Assembly: GCF_963921235.1 (NCBI RefSeq)
Contig: NC_086097.1
Location: 119,166,001-119,230,000, forward strand
DNA from: Mobula hypostoma
Taxonomy: Eukaryota
Direction of reading: 5' to 3'
DNA: 64,000 nt
The notes beneath the pieces were generated by a model. The model saw nothing but the letters and a program-made list of their open reading frames with translations, ran no database searches and had not been told where the DNA came from. A program made the position numbers and the translations under genes. Every line of letters begins with the position of its first letter. The stretch's first letter is position 1. Shown in pieces: positions 63,863 to 64,000 of the stretch.

Positions 63863-64000
63863 TCATCATCAGCAGCATCGTTATGTGCCATGTTGTATGA
63901 CGTGGGTGATCATTGTCTTTCCATGATCATGATTGTTCTTGGCAAATTCTACAGAAATGGTTTGCTTTTGCCTTCTTCTGGGCAGCGCCTTTTCAAGGTG
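63863..64000 (-). mobile_element. RTE-derived short element, 3' part (cut by the window edge)
   Basis: Minus strand agaagaaggcaaaagcaaaccatttctg..ttgccaagaacaatcatg (RTE 5'-UTR-like) joined to aagacaatgatcacccacgtc..ggcacataac(GAT)n. Confidence 0.6.

Overview
This is eukaryotic, repeat-dense, apparently intergenic or intronic DNA. The repeat repertoire (CR1/HER1-like LINEs, HE1/V-SINEs, Neptune-type Penelope elements, Rex1/Babar LINEs) points to a cartilaginous fish, probably a ray; this is inference. I found no host protein-coding exon I could support. Every informative ORF is a decayed transposon fragment (CR1, Rex1/Babar, Penelope RT+GIY-YIG, Gypsy pol, Tigger). The most interesting signals are non-coding. 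(1) A ~650-bp non-autonomous RTE-like element whose TSD-defined 5' end falls on the expected cleavage site of a twister-ribozyme-like motif (17010). (2) A 419-bp non-autonomous RTE-like element whose TSD-defined 5' end is the first base of P1 of an HDV-like double pseudoknot (56347). (3) Minimal type I hammerhead ribozymes in Penelope pLTRs. (4) Four Penelope insertions that share a head-to-head inverted architecture with 13-14-bp TSDs, one containing a perfect 96-bp palindrome. Boundaries of old repeats were read by eye and are approximate unless a TSD or TIR is quoted.
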